Assembly: GCA_965227515.1 (NCBI GenBank)
Contig: CBDDFZ010000002.1
Coordinates: forward strand, 640,001 to 704,000
Reading direction: 5' to 3'
Length of the DNA: 64,000 nucleotides
Origin: Alphaproteobacteria bacterium
GTDB lineage: Bacteria; Pseudomonadota; Alphaproteobacteria; CALKHQ01
Shown here: positions 9,056 to 18,579 of the stretch, piece by piece
Layout of the letters: the number at the start of each line of letters is the position of its first letter
Position numbering within the stretch: the stretch's first letter is position 1
The notes under the pieces: model-generated
Told to the model about the DNA's origin: nothing
What the model saw: only the letters and a program-made list of their open reading frames with translations
The model's database searches: none
Program-made: the position numbers and the translations under genes

Positions 9056-9877
9056 ATGAGCTTGAGAGTGGCAAGAACGCGCCTGATGGACAGCGTCAGG
9101 CTCGCCGAGGAACGTATCGCCGCCACCGTTGCCCGACCTCACGATTGCCCGATCTTCATATTTGGAAATCAGAAATCGGGTACCTCGGCGATTTCTGCGC
9201 TGCTTGCAAGAGCCACGGGAACGCGCCTGCAGCTTGATTTTCGCGGTGCAAGGGAACCCTATTTGACGCCCTTGCTGAATGGCCAAATCGATCTTGATGG
9301 GTACATCAGGCGCAACGCGTACGCATTCTCGGCGCCGATGATCAAGGAACCTGGCCTGACCTTTATTGCCAACCGCCTGGCTGAACGCTATCCGAACAGT
9401 CCCTGCGTTTTCATCGTCAGGAATCCGTTCGATAACATCCGCAGCATCTTGAATCGGCTGAAGCTGCGAGGGGACCTGCGACCCGATGAGGTGAACCTGA
9501 GGGCATTGCCGAATTCCACCTGGAGGGCCGTAGTTTCGGGTGGCGACCTGAACCTTTCGGGAAGCTATGTGGAGATACAGGCCCGGCGATGGAACAGGGC
9601 CGTGGATGAGTACCGCAAGGCATCAGGGCGTTTTGTCCTGGTCCGATATGAAGATTTCAACATTGCCAAGCAGGACGTTATTGCCGACCTGGCCGAACGG
9701 CTCGGCCTGACAGTCCGCCATTCGATCGTTGACGTGATGGATCGCGCGTTTCAGCCCAGAGGCTACGCCAGTGTCGATCTGCTGAGCTTCTTCGGCCCAA
9801 CCAACACAGCAAGGATCGCTGACATTTGTGCCGATGGACTGAACTTGTTCGGATATACGGCGCCTCAAACCAGTTGA
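9056..9877 (+). CDS. Sulfotransferase family protein
   Basis: 5'-PSB loop IFIFGNQKSGTSAI, IKEP, 3'-PB motif IVRNPFDNIRS and LVRYEDF. The start codon is uncertain (9056 chosen). Confidence 0.8.
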   Translation: MSLRVARTRLMDSVRLAEERIAATVARPHDCPIFIFGNQKSGTSAISALLARATGTRLQLDFRGAREPYLTPLLNGQIDLDGYIRRNAYAFSAPMIKEPGLTFIANRLAERYPNSPCVFIVRNPFDNIRSILNRLKLRGDLRPDEVNLRALPNSTWRAVVSGGDLNLSGSYVEIQARRWNRAVDEYRKASGRFVLVRYEDFNIAKQDVIADLAERLGLTVRHSIVDVMDRAFQPRGYASVDLLSFFGPTNTARIADICADGLNLFGYTAPQTS

Positions 9878-10046
9878 TCGCAGTAGGCGCAACAAAGCTC
9901 ACTTACCGCCGGGCCGGGCGTTCTCGACTTTGCGGTGCGCAAGCACCTGTCTGGAAAGCCACGGCCTCGCCCCGGGCTGAAGGACTGAAGAGCGCGCTAG
10001 CGGCCCGCATACTTGACGGCTGCGCCCGGCGCCTTGGAACGGCGCC

Positions 10047-11219
10047 TCATTGCTCGTCTCCAAGCCTGGCAAATCGCGTGATGCAGCCCCAGAAAATCCA
10101 TATCAGCGCGCCGGCCAAGAAGGACCCCGATGTCAGTGACACCTGAGACGCCTGATGTATCATGATCGCCAGCACCCAGGCCGATCCATATTGCGAATAT
10201 CTACATCGTCGGGACCAAAAGCCACGGTAAACCAATAATATGAGAACAATGATCGACACGAATCCCAATATGCCCGCTTCGTGCAAGATCGCTATGTAAT
10301 AGTTATGAACAGACAGGGTGATGACCCTGCCGTTATTCAAGGTTCTTTCCCAGCTACGGCGTGCCTCCACGCCGACGCCGGTCATTGGCCGCTCTGATAT
10401 CTGCTCCAGGGCGTAGTCCCACAACTTCGCCCTGCCGGTCTCCAGTGGCTTGCCCGTCGCAGCTTCCACCACGACACTCAGGCTTTGCGCTTGCTCCGTG
10501 CGCAGCCAAGAGGTGTAGTAGAATGACAGGCTCAGGAGCGATACCAGGACAACGCTGAACAAAGGAACGCCGGCGCCAATACGGCCGACTCGCCTGTTCA
10601 AGATGTAGTAGAAAATACCGAACGCCAGAAGGGCTACCAGTGCGCTTCGGCTCAGAGATAAAAACAAGCACGACAACGAGGAGGCCAGCATTACGGCCAT
10701 GGCCAAATTGACCTTCTCTCGATGGATATAAAATACGCCAAAGAACCCTACGCCGATCAATCCAAAAAGACCCAGGAAGTTACTGTGAAGCTGCCCGATA
10801 ACAAATCCCGTAACGATTCCCGACGACACGCGCTCAATCAGCAAGAAGATGCACTCGACCGACCAAACGACGATAAAAATGTTCTGCCAGTATGTTGACT
10901 CCCATTTCTGCATCGCGCAGAAACAGAATAATGTCGGCCCCAGCAGAATCTTGACGAAGATGTTTAGGTATTCCTGGGAGAATATGCTCAAACCGGGCGC
11001 CGGCGACATATAAACAGAGGAAATATACACGAATGAGCATAGCAACGATATCGCCAGGAAAATCACTGTTTCTCGATCGGCGGCACCGGTCTTCAGCATG
11101 TGCACGAATACGCGCGCCGCAATCGCCGCGAACGAGAATGCGACAAAATACAGACCGAAATTGTCTTCTTCGATCGTGCCGACGAGCAATAATGCAATCA
11201 GAGAGATGGCAAGGGGCAC
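10047..11219 (-). CDS. O-antigen ligase/Wzy-like polysaccharide polymerase
   Basis: About 10 TM segments; motifs LSRSALVA, TGRAKLW, RPMTGVG and VHNYYIAILHEAGILG (Wzy_C/WaaL); lower GC than flanking core genes. Confidence 0.85.
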   Translation of the reverse strand: MPLAISLIALLLVGTIEEDNFGLYFVAFSFAAIAARVFVHMLKTGAADRETVIFLAISLLCSFVYISSVYMSPAPGLSIFSQEYLNIFVKILLGPTLFCFCAMQKWESTYWQNIFIVVWSVECIFLLIERVSSGIVTGFVIGQLHSNFLGLFGLIGVGFFGVFYIHREKVNLAMAVMLASSLSCLFLSLSRSALVALLAFGIFYYILNRRVGRIGAGVPLFSVVLVSLLSLSFYYTSWLRTEQAQSLSVVVEAATGKPLETGRAKLWDYALEQISERPMTGVGVEARRSWERTLNNGRVITLSVHNYYIAILHEAGILGFVSIIVLILLVYRGFWSRRCRYSQYGSAWVLAIMIHQASQVSLTSGSFLAGALIWIFWGCITRFARLGDEQ

Positions 11220-11237
11220 GTTATCTTTCCCTACACA

Positions 11238-12407
11238 TCAGGCGTCGGAACACAGCTTATCGAACATCTCGCGGATGGGTTCTTGCTTCTGGACATCGAA
11301 GCACTCCTCCATCCTCTGTCGTCCGTTCATGCCAAGTTTGCGCCGCAGAGCAGGGTCCGTGTGGAGCAGCAACAGCGCCTCCGCGTGGCCGGCCACATCG
11401 CCGGGTTCGAAGAGTATGCCTGTGACGGAATCGACAACCGTCTCTACGACGCCGCCGCTGCTTCCTGTTACGACCGGAACGCCATAGGCCATGGCTTCGA
11501 GTACCGAGACGCCCAGTGCTTCCTCTTGTCCCGTTTTTCTCGATCTCTTGTTGTGAGCCGTGAATATGTCCGCTTCCTTCAGGAAGGACATCGCCGTTGC
11601 GTAAGAAACCGCACCGTGAAATGCCACTCGGTCTTGTAGTCCCGATCTCCGAACCAAATCTTCGCACTCAGACCTGAGAGCGCCGTCGCCGACCATTTCC
11701 AGACGGGCATCCAAGCCTTTCGCAACGGCCAAGCTGAAGGCCTGAATGGTCTCCCTGGGGCCTTTGAAATCCACCAATCTGCCAAGATAGAGAACGCGCA
11801 GGGGCGGCGGCTTGGACTCTGTCCGAGGCGACTTGTCCGTCAGATCCACGCCCAGATATCTCTTGAAGACCCGATCCTCTGAAAAACCAAAGTCACGGAG
11901 TTTCAACCGCGTGGCTTCGGAATTGGCGATAGCATGAATGACGTCTTTTATTCGCCTGACATTCCGTTTGTAGCTAAGGCCGTGCGCAGGAATTAGAGGA
12001 AAACTTTCAACCTTTCTGTCCCACGTAACGTCGTGGCCGTGGCAGTACGTTAGGCAAGTGACATTGGACTCACGCCACAGCTCACGCAGAAGAACGGCGG
12101 TCGTTAGGTAATGGCATAAGACATAAATCTTCGAGGACCCCAATCTCCCAAGGAGTTCCCTCAACCTGTTCACAATTTTTCGGCGGTGCATCTGCAACTG
12201 AAACTTCTTGGGGATGCGTCTGTTTGATCTCATGACAGTGTATGTCGGCATTTCGGCATTCTTGGACCAGCCGGCGGACGCGCCCAACAAGGCAACGAAG
12301 AGGGTGTCGCCACTCAGTTGCTTGTTCATCAGGTGCATCCACGCCTCCGAGTATGTCGGCTCGGTGAGCGATATGACGACAAGGGGGGCAGAGGTGTTTG
12401 GTGACAT
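11238..12407 (-). CDS. Glycosyltransferase family 4
   Basis: Motifs HGHDV, LYLGRLVDFKG and EALGVSVLEAMAYGVPVV (Ex7E). Confidence 0.9.
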   Translation of the reverse strand: MSPNTSAPLVVISLTEPTYSEAWMHLMNKQLSGDTLFVALLGASAGWSKNAEMPTYTVMRSNRRIPKKFQLQMHRRKIVNRLRELLGRLGSSKIYVLCHYLTTAVLLRELWRESNVTCLTYCHGHDVTWDRKVESFPLIPAHGLSYKRNVRRIKDVIHAIANSEATRLKLRDFGFSEDRVFKRYLGVDLTDKSPRTESKPPPLRVLYLGRLVDFKGPRETIQAFSLAVAKGLDARLEMVGDGALRSECEDLVRRSGLQDRVAFHGAVSYATAMSFLKEADIFTAHNKRSRKTGQEEALGVSVLEAMAYGVPVVTGSSGGVVETVVDSVTGILFEPGDVAGHAEALLLLHTDPALRRKLGMNGRQRMEECFDVQKQEPIREMFDKLCSDA

Positions 12408-13163
12408 TTGGCCTGCGGAAATTCAATAATTGCTATGCATATCAACTGTTTGAATTGGCGATTGAGAATACATCGACCGACGATGCGCCAGGCGGATTGT
12501 GCGGGTTATTCCGGGTGTCGTGGATGGCCAGGCGCTGTTCATCCCTGCTCAGACACTCCCGGTCAATAATCGCTCAGAGGTTTCGTGGTTTGTGCGCCAT
12601 CGTCGTCCGGCAGAGCGCTACCAAAACGGCCCCTCGACGTCCCTTGATGGACTGTCGCTCCAACCAACCTACCTGCCAGCCACTGCGCGTCGCCGATGTA
12701 CCTACGTCAGTATGCGACATCGACGTTACGTACATCAGGCATCGCCGGCGTGCCAACTCATTTCGCCGCGACGTGGTGTGGAACGCCGCGCCCAGAACCG
12801 GCAAGGCTTGAGCTCATCGTTCCGAACTGTGGGCCCTTGGATTTTGCCTGGGTCGCACCATGCGGTGGGCGGAACCGTGGCCCATGCAGCGGTGATGTGC
12901 GCACGCCTTTTTGATGGCTGTGGGAGGTGATATGGAATGGCCTTTGCACTAGTCGTTAGAACTCCAGGGCGCTGGTGCGTTTTCAACGGGGGCGTGTCTG
13001 GGGGGGGTGTGTCTGGGGCTGTCGAAACCGGCTGCAGCCCGGCACGTCGTTGACGCGGGGGAGCGGGGGAATTGACCGGGAATCGGAAATCCCAAATCGA
13101 GGTGCAGTCGAAGACCTCGATAAGAACGCTATGTTCGTCCGCCGAGCAGGAGGCTGAATAGGT

Positions 13164-15083
13164 ATGTGGCGAGGTCGTGACCAGCGTTGCAGGGGGGGCC
13201 TGCGTTGGTTTGGTGTCTACGGAAAGATCGCATTGGCGTGTGGTCTGCTTTCGATCGGTGCCGCGTTCGCCAGTTTGCCAGTCGCAATGGCGCAGAGTGG
13301 GGACCTTCGCGCGGATCTGGAGGCGGCATACGCGGACGGCGACCTGAGTGTTCGCGAGCAACTTGCGTCGATGATGGCGGCCGGCGAAGGCGGGCCCGTC
13401 GATGCCGAGGGCGCGCGGTCGATCTACGAGGTTGCGGCCGCTGAGGGTGAGGGTTGGGCGATGGCGCCGCTGGCCCGGATGATGATCGCGGGCGCGGGCG
13501 GTGTTGCCGATGCAGCCGGCGCCCGGGACCTCGTGGCGGCATCGTACGCGCACGGCAATGACGGTGTGGCGTCGCAGCTGGCCTACATGCTTCGCGAGGG
13601 CATTGGCGGCCCTGCCGACCCCACCGAAGCGCGCGCCATCTACGGGGCATTGGTCGCGTCAGGCGAGGACTGGGCGCGCAATCCGCTTGCGTCGATGATG
13701 GCGGCCGGCGAGGGCGGCCCTGCCGATGCCGAGGGCGCGCGGTCGATCTACGAGGTTGCGGCTGCCGCGGGTGAGGGTTGGGCAGTTGCGCCGCTGGCCC
13801 GGATGATGATCGCGGGTGCGGGCGGTGCTGCCGACCCGGCCGGCGCGCGGGACCTCGTGGTGGCATCGTACGCGGACGGTAATGATGGCGTGGCGTCGCA
13901 GCTGGCCTATATGCTCCGTGAGGGCATTGGCGGCCCTGCCGACCCCGCCGAGGCGCGCGCCATCTATGAGGCGTTGGTCGCGTCAGGCGAACACTGGGCC
14001 CGCAATCCGCTGGCGTCGATGATGGCGGCCGGCCAGGGCGGCCCCGTCGATGCAGAGGGCGCGCGGTCGATCTACGAGGTTGCGGCCGCGGAAGGGGCGG
14101 GCTGGGCAGTGGCGCCGCTGGCCCGAATGATGATCGCGGGCGCGGGTGGCGCTGCCGATCCGGCCGGCGCGCGGGACCTCGTGGAGGCATCGTACGCGGA
14201 CGGTAACGACAGTGTGGCGTCGCAGCTGGCCTACATGCTTCGCGAGGGCATTGGCGGCCCTGCCGACCCCGCCGAAGCGCGCGCCATCTACGAGGCATTG
14301 GTGGCGTCAGGCGAGGACTGGGCCCGCAATTCGCTGGCGTCGATGATGGCAGCCGGCGAGGGCGGCCCCGTCGATGCCGAGGGCGCAAGGTCGATCTACG
14401 AGGTTGCGGCCGCGGAAGGCGCGGGTTGGGCAGTGGCGCCGTTGGCCCGGATGATGATTACGGGCGCCGGTGGCGCTGCCGACCCGGCAGGCGCGCGGGA
14501 CCTCGTGGAGGCATCGTACGCGGACGGCAACGATGGTGTGGCGTCGCAGCTGGCCTACATGCTTCGCGAGGGCATTGGCGGCCCTGCCGATCCCACCGAA
14601 GCGCGCGCCATCTATGAGGTATTGGTGGCGAACGATCAGGCCTGGGCCGCGCATCCGCTCGTCCAAATGCTGGAGAAAGGTGAGGGCGGCCCGCGCGATC
14701 CAGCGCGCGCACTAAGCCTGCTGCACAGTCTCGTTGACGAAGGTCACGATGAATTATACGGCAGGCTTGGCTGGCTTTATCAAAACAGATGGCCAGATCT
14801 GACCTGGCGTGAGTCGATTGAGTATTATCGACTCTTCGCGACGGACGATGAGCATCATGATCAGTTGCTAAGATTGGTTTTTGGCGCTGACAAGAATGCG
14901 TTGGTCGCGATAACCCAGACCTTGCTTGCCGAGAAGGGTTCTTACGACGGCAGTGTCGATGGGCTGTTAACGCGCTCTACGATCGCTGCCATCTACCGAT
15001 ATTGCGTGCGACAAGATTTGGAGGATTGCGATGTCGTGGCGCTACCCAGGCCGGCGATTCTGCATCTGTTGACAGGCTCATGA
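13164..15083 (+). CDS. Secreted Sel1-like repeat protein with C-terminal peptidoglycan-binding-like domain
   Basis: Signal-like N-terminus (...SLPVAMA|QSG); 36-aa Sel1-type units (LAxMxxxGxGGPxDxxxARxxYExAA); C-terminal QTLLAEKGSYDGSVDGLLTRSTIAAI resembles PG_binding_1. Confidence 0.8.
   Translation: MWRGRDQRCRGGLRWFGVYGKIALACGLLSIGAAFASLPVAMAQSGDLRADLEAAYADGDLSVREQLASMMAAGEGGPVDAEGARSIYEVAAAEGEGWAMAPLARMMIAGAGGVADAAGARDLVAASYAHGNDGVASQLAYMLREGIGGPADPTEARAIYGALVASGEDWARNPLASMMAAGEGGPADAEGARSIYEVAAAAGEGWAVAPLARMMIAGAGGAADPAGARDLVVASYADGNDGVASQLAYMLREGIGGPADPAEARAIYEALVASGEHWARNPLASMMAAGQGGPVDAEGARSIYEVAAAEGAGWAVAPLARMMIAGAGGAADPAGARDLVEASYADGNDSVASQLAYMLREGIGGPADPAEARAIYEALVASGEDWARNSLASMMAAGEGGPVDAEGARSIYEVAAAEGAGWAVAPLARMMITGAGGAADPAGARDLVEASYADGNDGVASQLAYMLREGIGGPADPTEARAIYEVLVANDQAWAAHPLVQMLEKGEGGPRDPARALSLLHSLVDEGHDELYGRLGWLYQNRWPDLTWRESIEYYRLFATDDEHHDQLLRLVFGADKNALVAITQTLLAEKGSYDGSVDGLLTRSTIAAIYRYCVRQDLEDCDVVALPRPAILHLLTGS
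13362..14645 (+). repeat. About four near-identical 324-bp (108 aa) intragenic tandem repeats
   Basis: The anchor GCGTCGATGATGGC recurs at 13365, 13689, 14013 and 14337. Confidence 0.95.
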
Positions 15084-15088
15084 TTTCT

Positions 15089-15109
15089 CGGGAAGGCTGG
15101 GCCTTCCCG
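15089..15109. terminator. GC-rich hairpin between convergent genes
   Basis: CGGGAAGGC-TGG-GCCTTCCCG, a perfect 9-bp stem 5 nt after the Sel1 gene stop. Confidence 0.5.
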
Positions 15110-15216
15110 CGCCTGACCGGAGGCCCTGACCGCTTTCGCTGCTGATCCAGCATGCGCCCCGGCTGCGCGGCCCGATCACATCGGGGTCGGCCAGGCGCAT
15201 CTATTGGCTTAGCAGG

Positions 15217-16386
15217 CTACTGAGTCGAGGGCTTCCACACGGCAGTACGTTTCCCCAAGATCACCCGCGCAACTGCCCACGCCGCTGCAATGTGGACATA
15301 CGACAAGTAGAAGACAAGATAGATGGGGCGGATGCGCCGCTTCTTGATCTCAAGAAACCAGCCGGCCAGAGCCACCACCGTCCATATCACGAACGCAATC
15401 AATAGAAGATATGCGTACCAACTCACGCCAGACAATAAGCCCGTAACCAAGCCTAGAACTGCTAGCGGTAACGCAAACCAACGCAATACACGCCCCGACA
15501 TGAGATGAAACGAAAACCAGCCGCTCTTCAGCGGATTCAGGATTGCAGGCCGGCATATGACCGAGAAAAATGCCCGTGATATTGTCCTGACACGCCGTGA
15601 GAAGTCCTGTGACGAGGACAGTTTATAATCCTCATACGTGACGGCCCTAGGTTCCATTTCAATGCGGAACCCCTTCAGGACCGCATCGAACGCAATTATG
15701 CCATCCTGGGTCGCCCCCGCCGGAATGGGGTTTTCTATTGGATACAATTCTCGCCACATGGCGAAGTTGCCGCCCTGAACGTAACAAAGAGACGATACGC
15801 GCGTCAGATTTTGCTTCAAGAAGTTCTCATACTTGTAGAACAGGCTTTGTCCTTGGCTTGCGTCGAGAGACGAACCTTTTGAGTGTATTTCCAGCCCGCA
15901 CGCCACCCCCACTTTGGGCTGCGTCAATCGGTTGACAAGATGCAAGATTGTGTCCGGTTCCAGCATCGCATCGGCGTCGCTGAAAACCAAAACTTCGCTG
16001 GATAGGTTCCTGATTGCGTCAAGTAAGGCCGCTTCCTTTCCCACCCGCTCATGCGACACCGCAATTTCCACCGGAAACCGGAACTTTATCTTCTTCAGAG
16101 TCGACGAAATGACGTTCTCGGTTTCGTCGGTGCAACCATCCAAGACAAATACAATGGTGAGGGCGCCAGGATAATGTATCTTCGCCAAATTCTCTAATTT
16201 GGCTGGAATGATATCGGCGATGTTATGGCCCGGAATCAGGAGGGTTGCGCCAGGATATTTCTTCGGGGGAATCACATCTTCTTTCCTATTTATTACACCG
16301 CTCGCGACAACGATAAAGGTTAGCAAAGGATAAAGTACATAAACAAAAAGGACCAGGAAAAGCAGAAATAGGGAGATGGCCAACAT
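15217..16386 (-). CDS. Glycosyltransferase family 2 (membrane-anchored, CesA/IcaA-like fold)
   Basis: N-terminal TM; motifs LLIPGHN, LDGCTD, GKEAAL, FSDADA (DxD) and RRVR; C-terminal TM helices; low GC. Confidence 0.88.
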   Translation of the reverse strand: MLAISLFLLFLVLFVYVLYPLLTFIVVASGVINRKEDVIPPKKYPGATLLIPGHNIADIIPAKLENLAKIHYPGALTIVFVLDGCTDETENVISSTLKKIKFRFPVEIAVSHERVGKEAALLDAIRNLSSEVLVFSDADAMLEPDTILHLVNRLTQPKVGVACGLEIHSKGSSLDASQGQSLFYKYENFLKQNLTRVSSLCYVQGGNFAMWRELYPIENPIPAGATQDGIIAFDAVLKGFRIEMEPRAVTYEDYKLSSSQDFSRRVRTISRAFFSVICRPAILNPLKSGWFSFHLMSGRVLRWFALPLAVLGLVTGLLSGVSWYAYLLLIAFVIWTVVALAGWFLEIKKRRIRPIYLVFYLSYVHIAAAWAVARVILGKRTAVWKPSTQ

Positions 16387-16911
16387 TCCATGCGCCTCCA
16401 GTTTGGCAAGCCTTCGCCGTCGCCCGCGATTGACGTTGGGCCGTTTCCTCCCAGAAATATTCGATGTTCAGGCAGTCAAGCTCACGAGCGCTGTCGCCAA
16501 GATTTGACTGGCCTGAACTGTAAACCGAACCGTGCGCGGCTTCTTCTTTTTGTGCGCGGAGGCGCGCATCGTGACATTCCGTGACCGGTGGATATCGCCC
16601 GGAAACAAGGCTCCCTGCGCCGGTCCTCTACCTTGCTGCGTACCCCATTGCTGCCATGACTGATGTCACAGAGCGAGAGCGTCGCCGCGGGCAATCGGTC
16701 CGGCTGGCAATCGGCGGCCGTCCAGTCGGCGACGGCCGCGCCCAAGCACTTCGCGATCATCGTGGCGACGCCCCCATGGTGCGTTCGAGGTTGGAAGATC
16801 GGCCCCGCGGGGTCAATAGGTTCGTGACGGCATGGCGACGACAGGCGTCCCTTCCGTCGGGCGTGCGCGTAAGCCGCAAACACAGGAGAGATCTGCTTGT
16901 GGGTTGGTGCG

Positions 16912-18192
16912 CTAGCCAACTGGGAAAAACCCCAGTCGGGCTCGAACGACGAATGCGGCACAAATATTCTGCAAGCTGACGCCCACGGCGGTGCCGATGG
17001 CCGTGCCGACCGCGCCAAACTGATCGGTAAGAAGGAACAGCACTATCAAGGTCAGGACGGCAGAACATGCCGTTGTGATTTGGTAGTCTTTTTCGTGGCC
17101 GGTCATCGTGAGCAGATGCCCCACGGAGCCCGTTGCGACATTGACGAATTGCCCCCAAATCAGAATTTGTAAAAATATTGACGCGTTCTCATAACCGTCG
17201 CCAAAGAATGACATGATGAAACCAGCGAACAGACTGGCCAAAATGACCGCCGGGAGTGTCAGGGCGATAAGCGCTCGACTGACGTTTCTAGCGAGATTGG
17301 CCAACTGCGCGACGTTCTGGGCTGCCCACAGTTCCGAATAGCGCGGGGCAACAATCATATTCATGACCATAAGCCCGAAACTAAAAAACAGGGCGAGACG
17401 ATGCGCGGAGGAAAAATAGGCGAGTTCCGTACTGGAAACAAAAATGCCTGCAACGATGACTCCAGACCAATGAACAAGTACTTGCATGCATCCCGCAAGC
17501 CATAAATGTGCGGCGGAAGTGGCGAGTGGCGCGTCCCGTAGGCTGGGGAGAAAGAATCTGTTTTTCATTACTTTGAACCAGAACAAAACAGATGATATCG
17601 AAATCAACAATGACGAAAAGAAATAAAACATTGCGGCATCGGATATATCGGGGATATAGCCAAGCATTACATGTGATCCGAACAATAATAGGAAAATGGA
17701 GTACGGGCCCAAATTTTGATAAACGACAGATATGACACTCCTGTTCTTGGATAACATGGCCGATGATATGTAGAAATGGATAGCGGTCATCGGGATGGTC
17801 AAAAAGAACCATTTTAGCGGCGCAGACAGTGCTGGCTCGCTGAATATTTTTGTCGAAATTATATCGCTCAGAACGAACAATAGCACCGCAAGGGTGGAGG
17901 AAAATATTCCGATCCACACCAGCCCCCGGTTCATTTTGGTCTGTCGGACATTTTCATCAGTTTCCGACGTGAGCGTCCGCAGGATCACCAAATCGAGTCC
18001 GAGCCGGGACGCCACGTTCAAAATGATGATTATCGAAAGGCCGAGAAGAAAATTGCCAGCCTGATCTTTCGTGAAATAGTTAGTGATGGAGATCGTTAGT
18101 ATCAGGCCAATGACCGCCGACAGCATTTTTGCTGCGGCGGTCAGTAGAAAGCGATGGACAATCTTCCTGCTGAGAATATTTGAGATTGTCAT
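16912..18192 (-). CDS. Wzx-type oligosaccharide flippase (MATE superfamily)
   Basis: About 12 TM segments; motifs RLGLDLVILR, APRYSELW, ATGSVGHLLTMTGHEK and FGAVGTAIGT; start MTISNILSRK at 18192; among the AT-richest stretches in the window. Confidence 0.85.
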   Translation of the reverse strand: MTISNILSRKIVHRFLLTAAAKMLSAVIGLILTISITNYFTKDQAGNFLLGLSIIIILNVASRLGLDLVILRTLTSETDENVRQTKMNRGLVWIGIFSSTLAVLLFVLSDIISTKIFSEPALSAPLKWFFLTIPMTAIHFYISSAMLSKNRSVISVVYQNLGPYSIFLLLFGSHVMLGYIPDISDAAMFYFFSSLLISISSVLFWFKVMKNRFFLPSLRDAPLATSAAHLWLAGCMQVLVHWSGVIVAGIFVSSTELAYFSSAHRLALFFSFGLMVMNMIVAPRYSELWAAQNVAQLANLARNVSRALIALTLPAVILASLFAGFIMSFFGDGYENASIFLQILIWGQFVNVATGSVGHLLTMTGHEKDYQITTACSAVLTLIVLFLLTDQFGAVGTAIGTAVGVSLQNICAAFVVRARLGFFPVG

Positions 18193-18579
18193 GCTGTGGT
18201 CCGATGGAAATTGGCCAGTGTGCGGCGCGTCTGATGCAGGATCATGCGCAAGAGCGCGGAGCCCAGGTATCGCGCCGTTGTCGTCGTCCAGATCCTGGCC
18301 TCGCGTGCCACGCTGTCGAGGCCGGTCGCTTCCGAGGGCAGGTCCGTTTCGGCAAGGGAGGAACGATCTCCGGCTGCTTGCGAGCGCGAAACCCACATAC
18401 ATCTTTTTGCAATGCGGGAGAATACCGCAGTGCAGCATGATGCCGGTCATAGGTAGTCATAGGCGGTGTGGGGTCGCGGACGCGCGGCGGGGCCACGTTC
18501 CTATGCAATCAAGGGGCGTCCGTGCCCCTCCTCGTTTCAAGTGTACTCTGCTGTGCCGTTGTCGCGGCCGCCACTTGGG

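Noticed and set aside
13362-14645. 324-bp repeats as a CRISPR, DGR or mobile-element signature
   Set aside because: The repeats are in-frame coding Sel1 units. There are no spacers, reverse transcriptase, adenine-specific variation or transposase.
13164-15083. Assignment as podJ
   Set aside because: It shares the Sel1 + PG-binding C-terminal architecture, but lacks the long N-terminal coiled-coil cytoplasmic region and has a signal-peptide-like start.
16390-16911. Short ORFs between GT2 and the flippase
   Set aside because: There are no recognisable motifs or RBS and the frames conflict. The region is treated as intergenic, although a gene remnant cannot be excluded.
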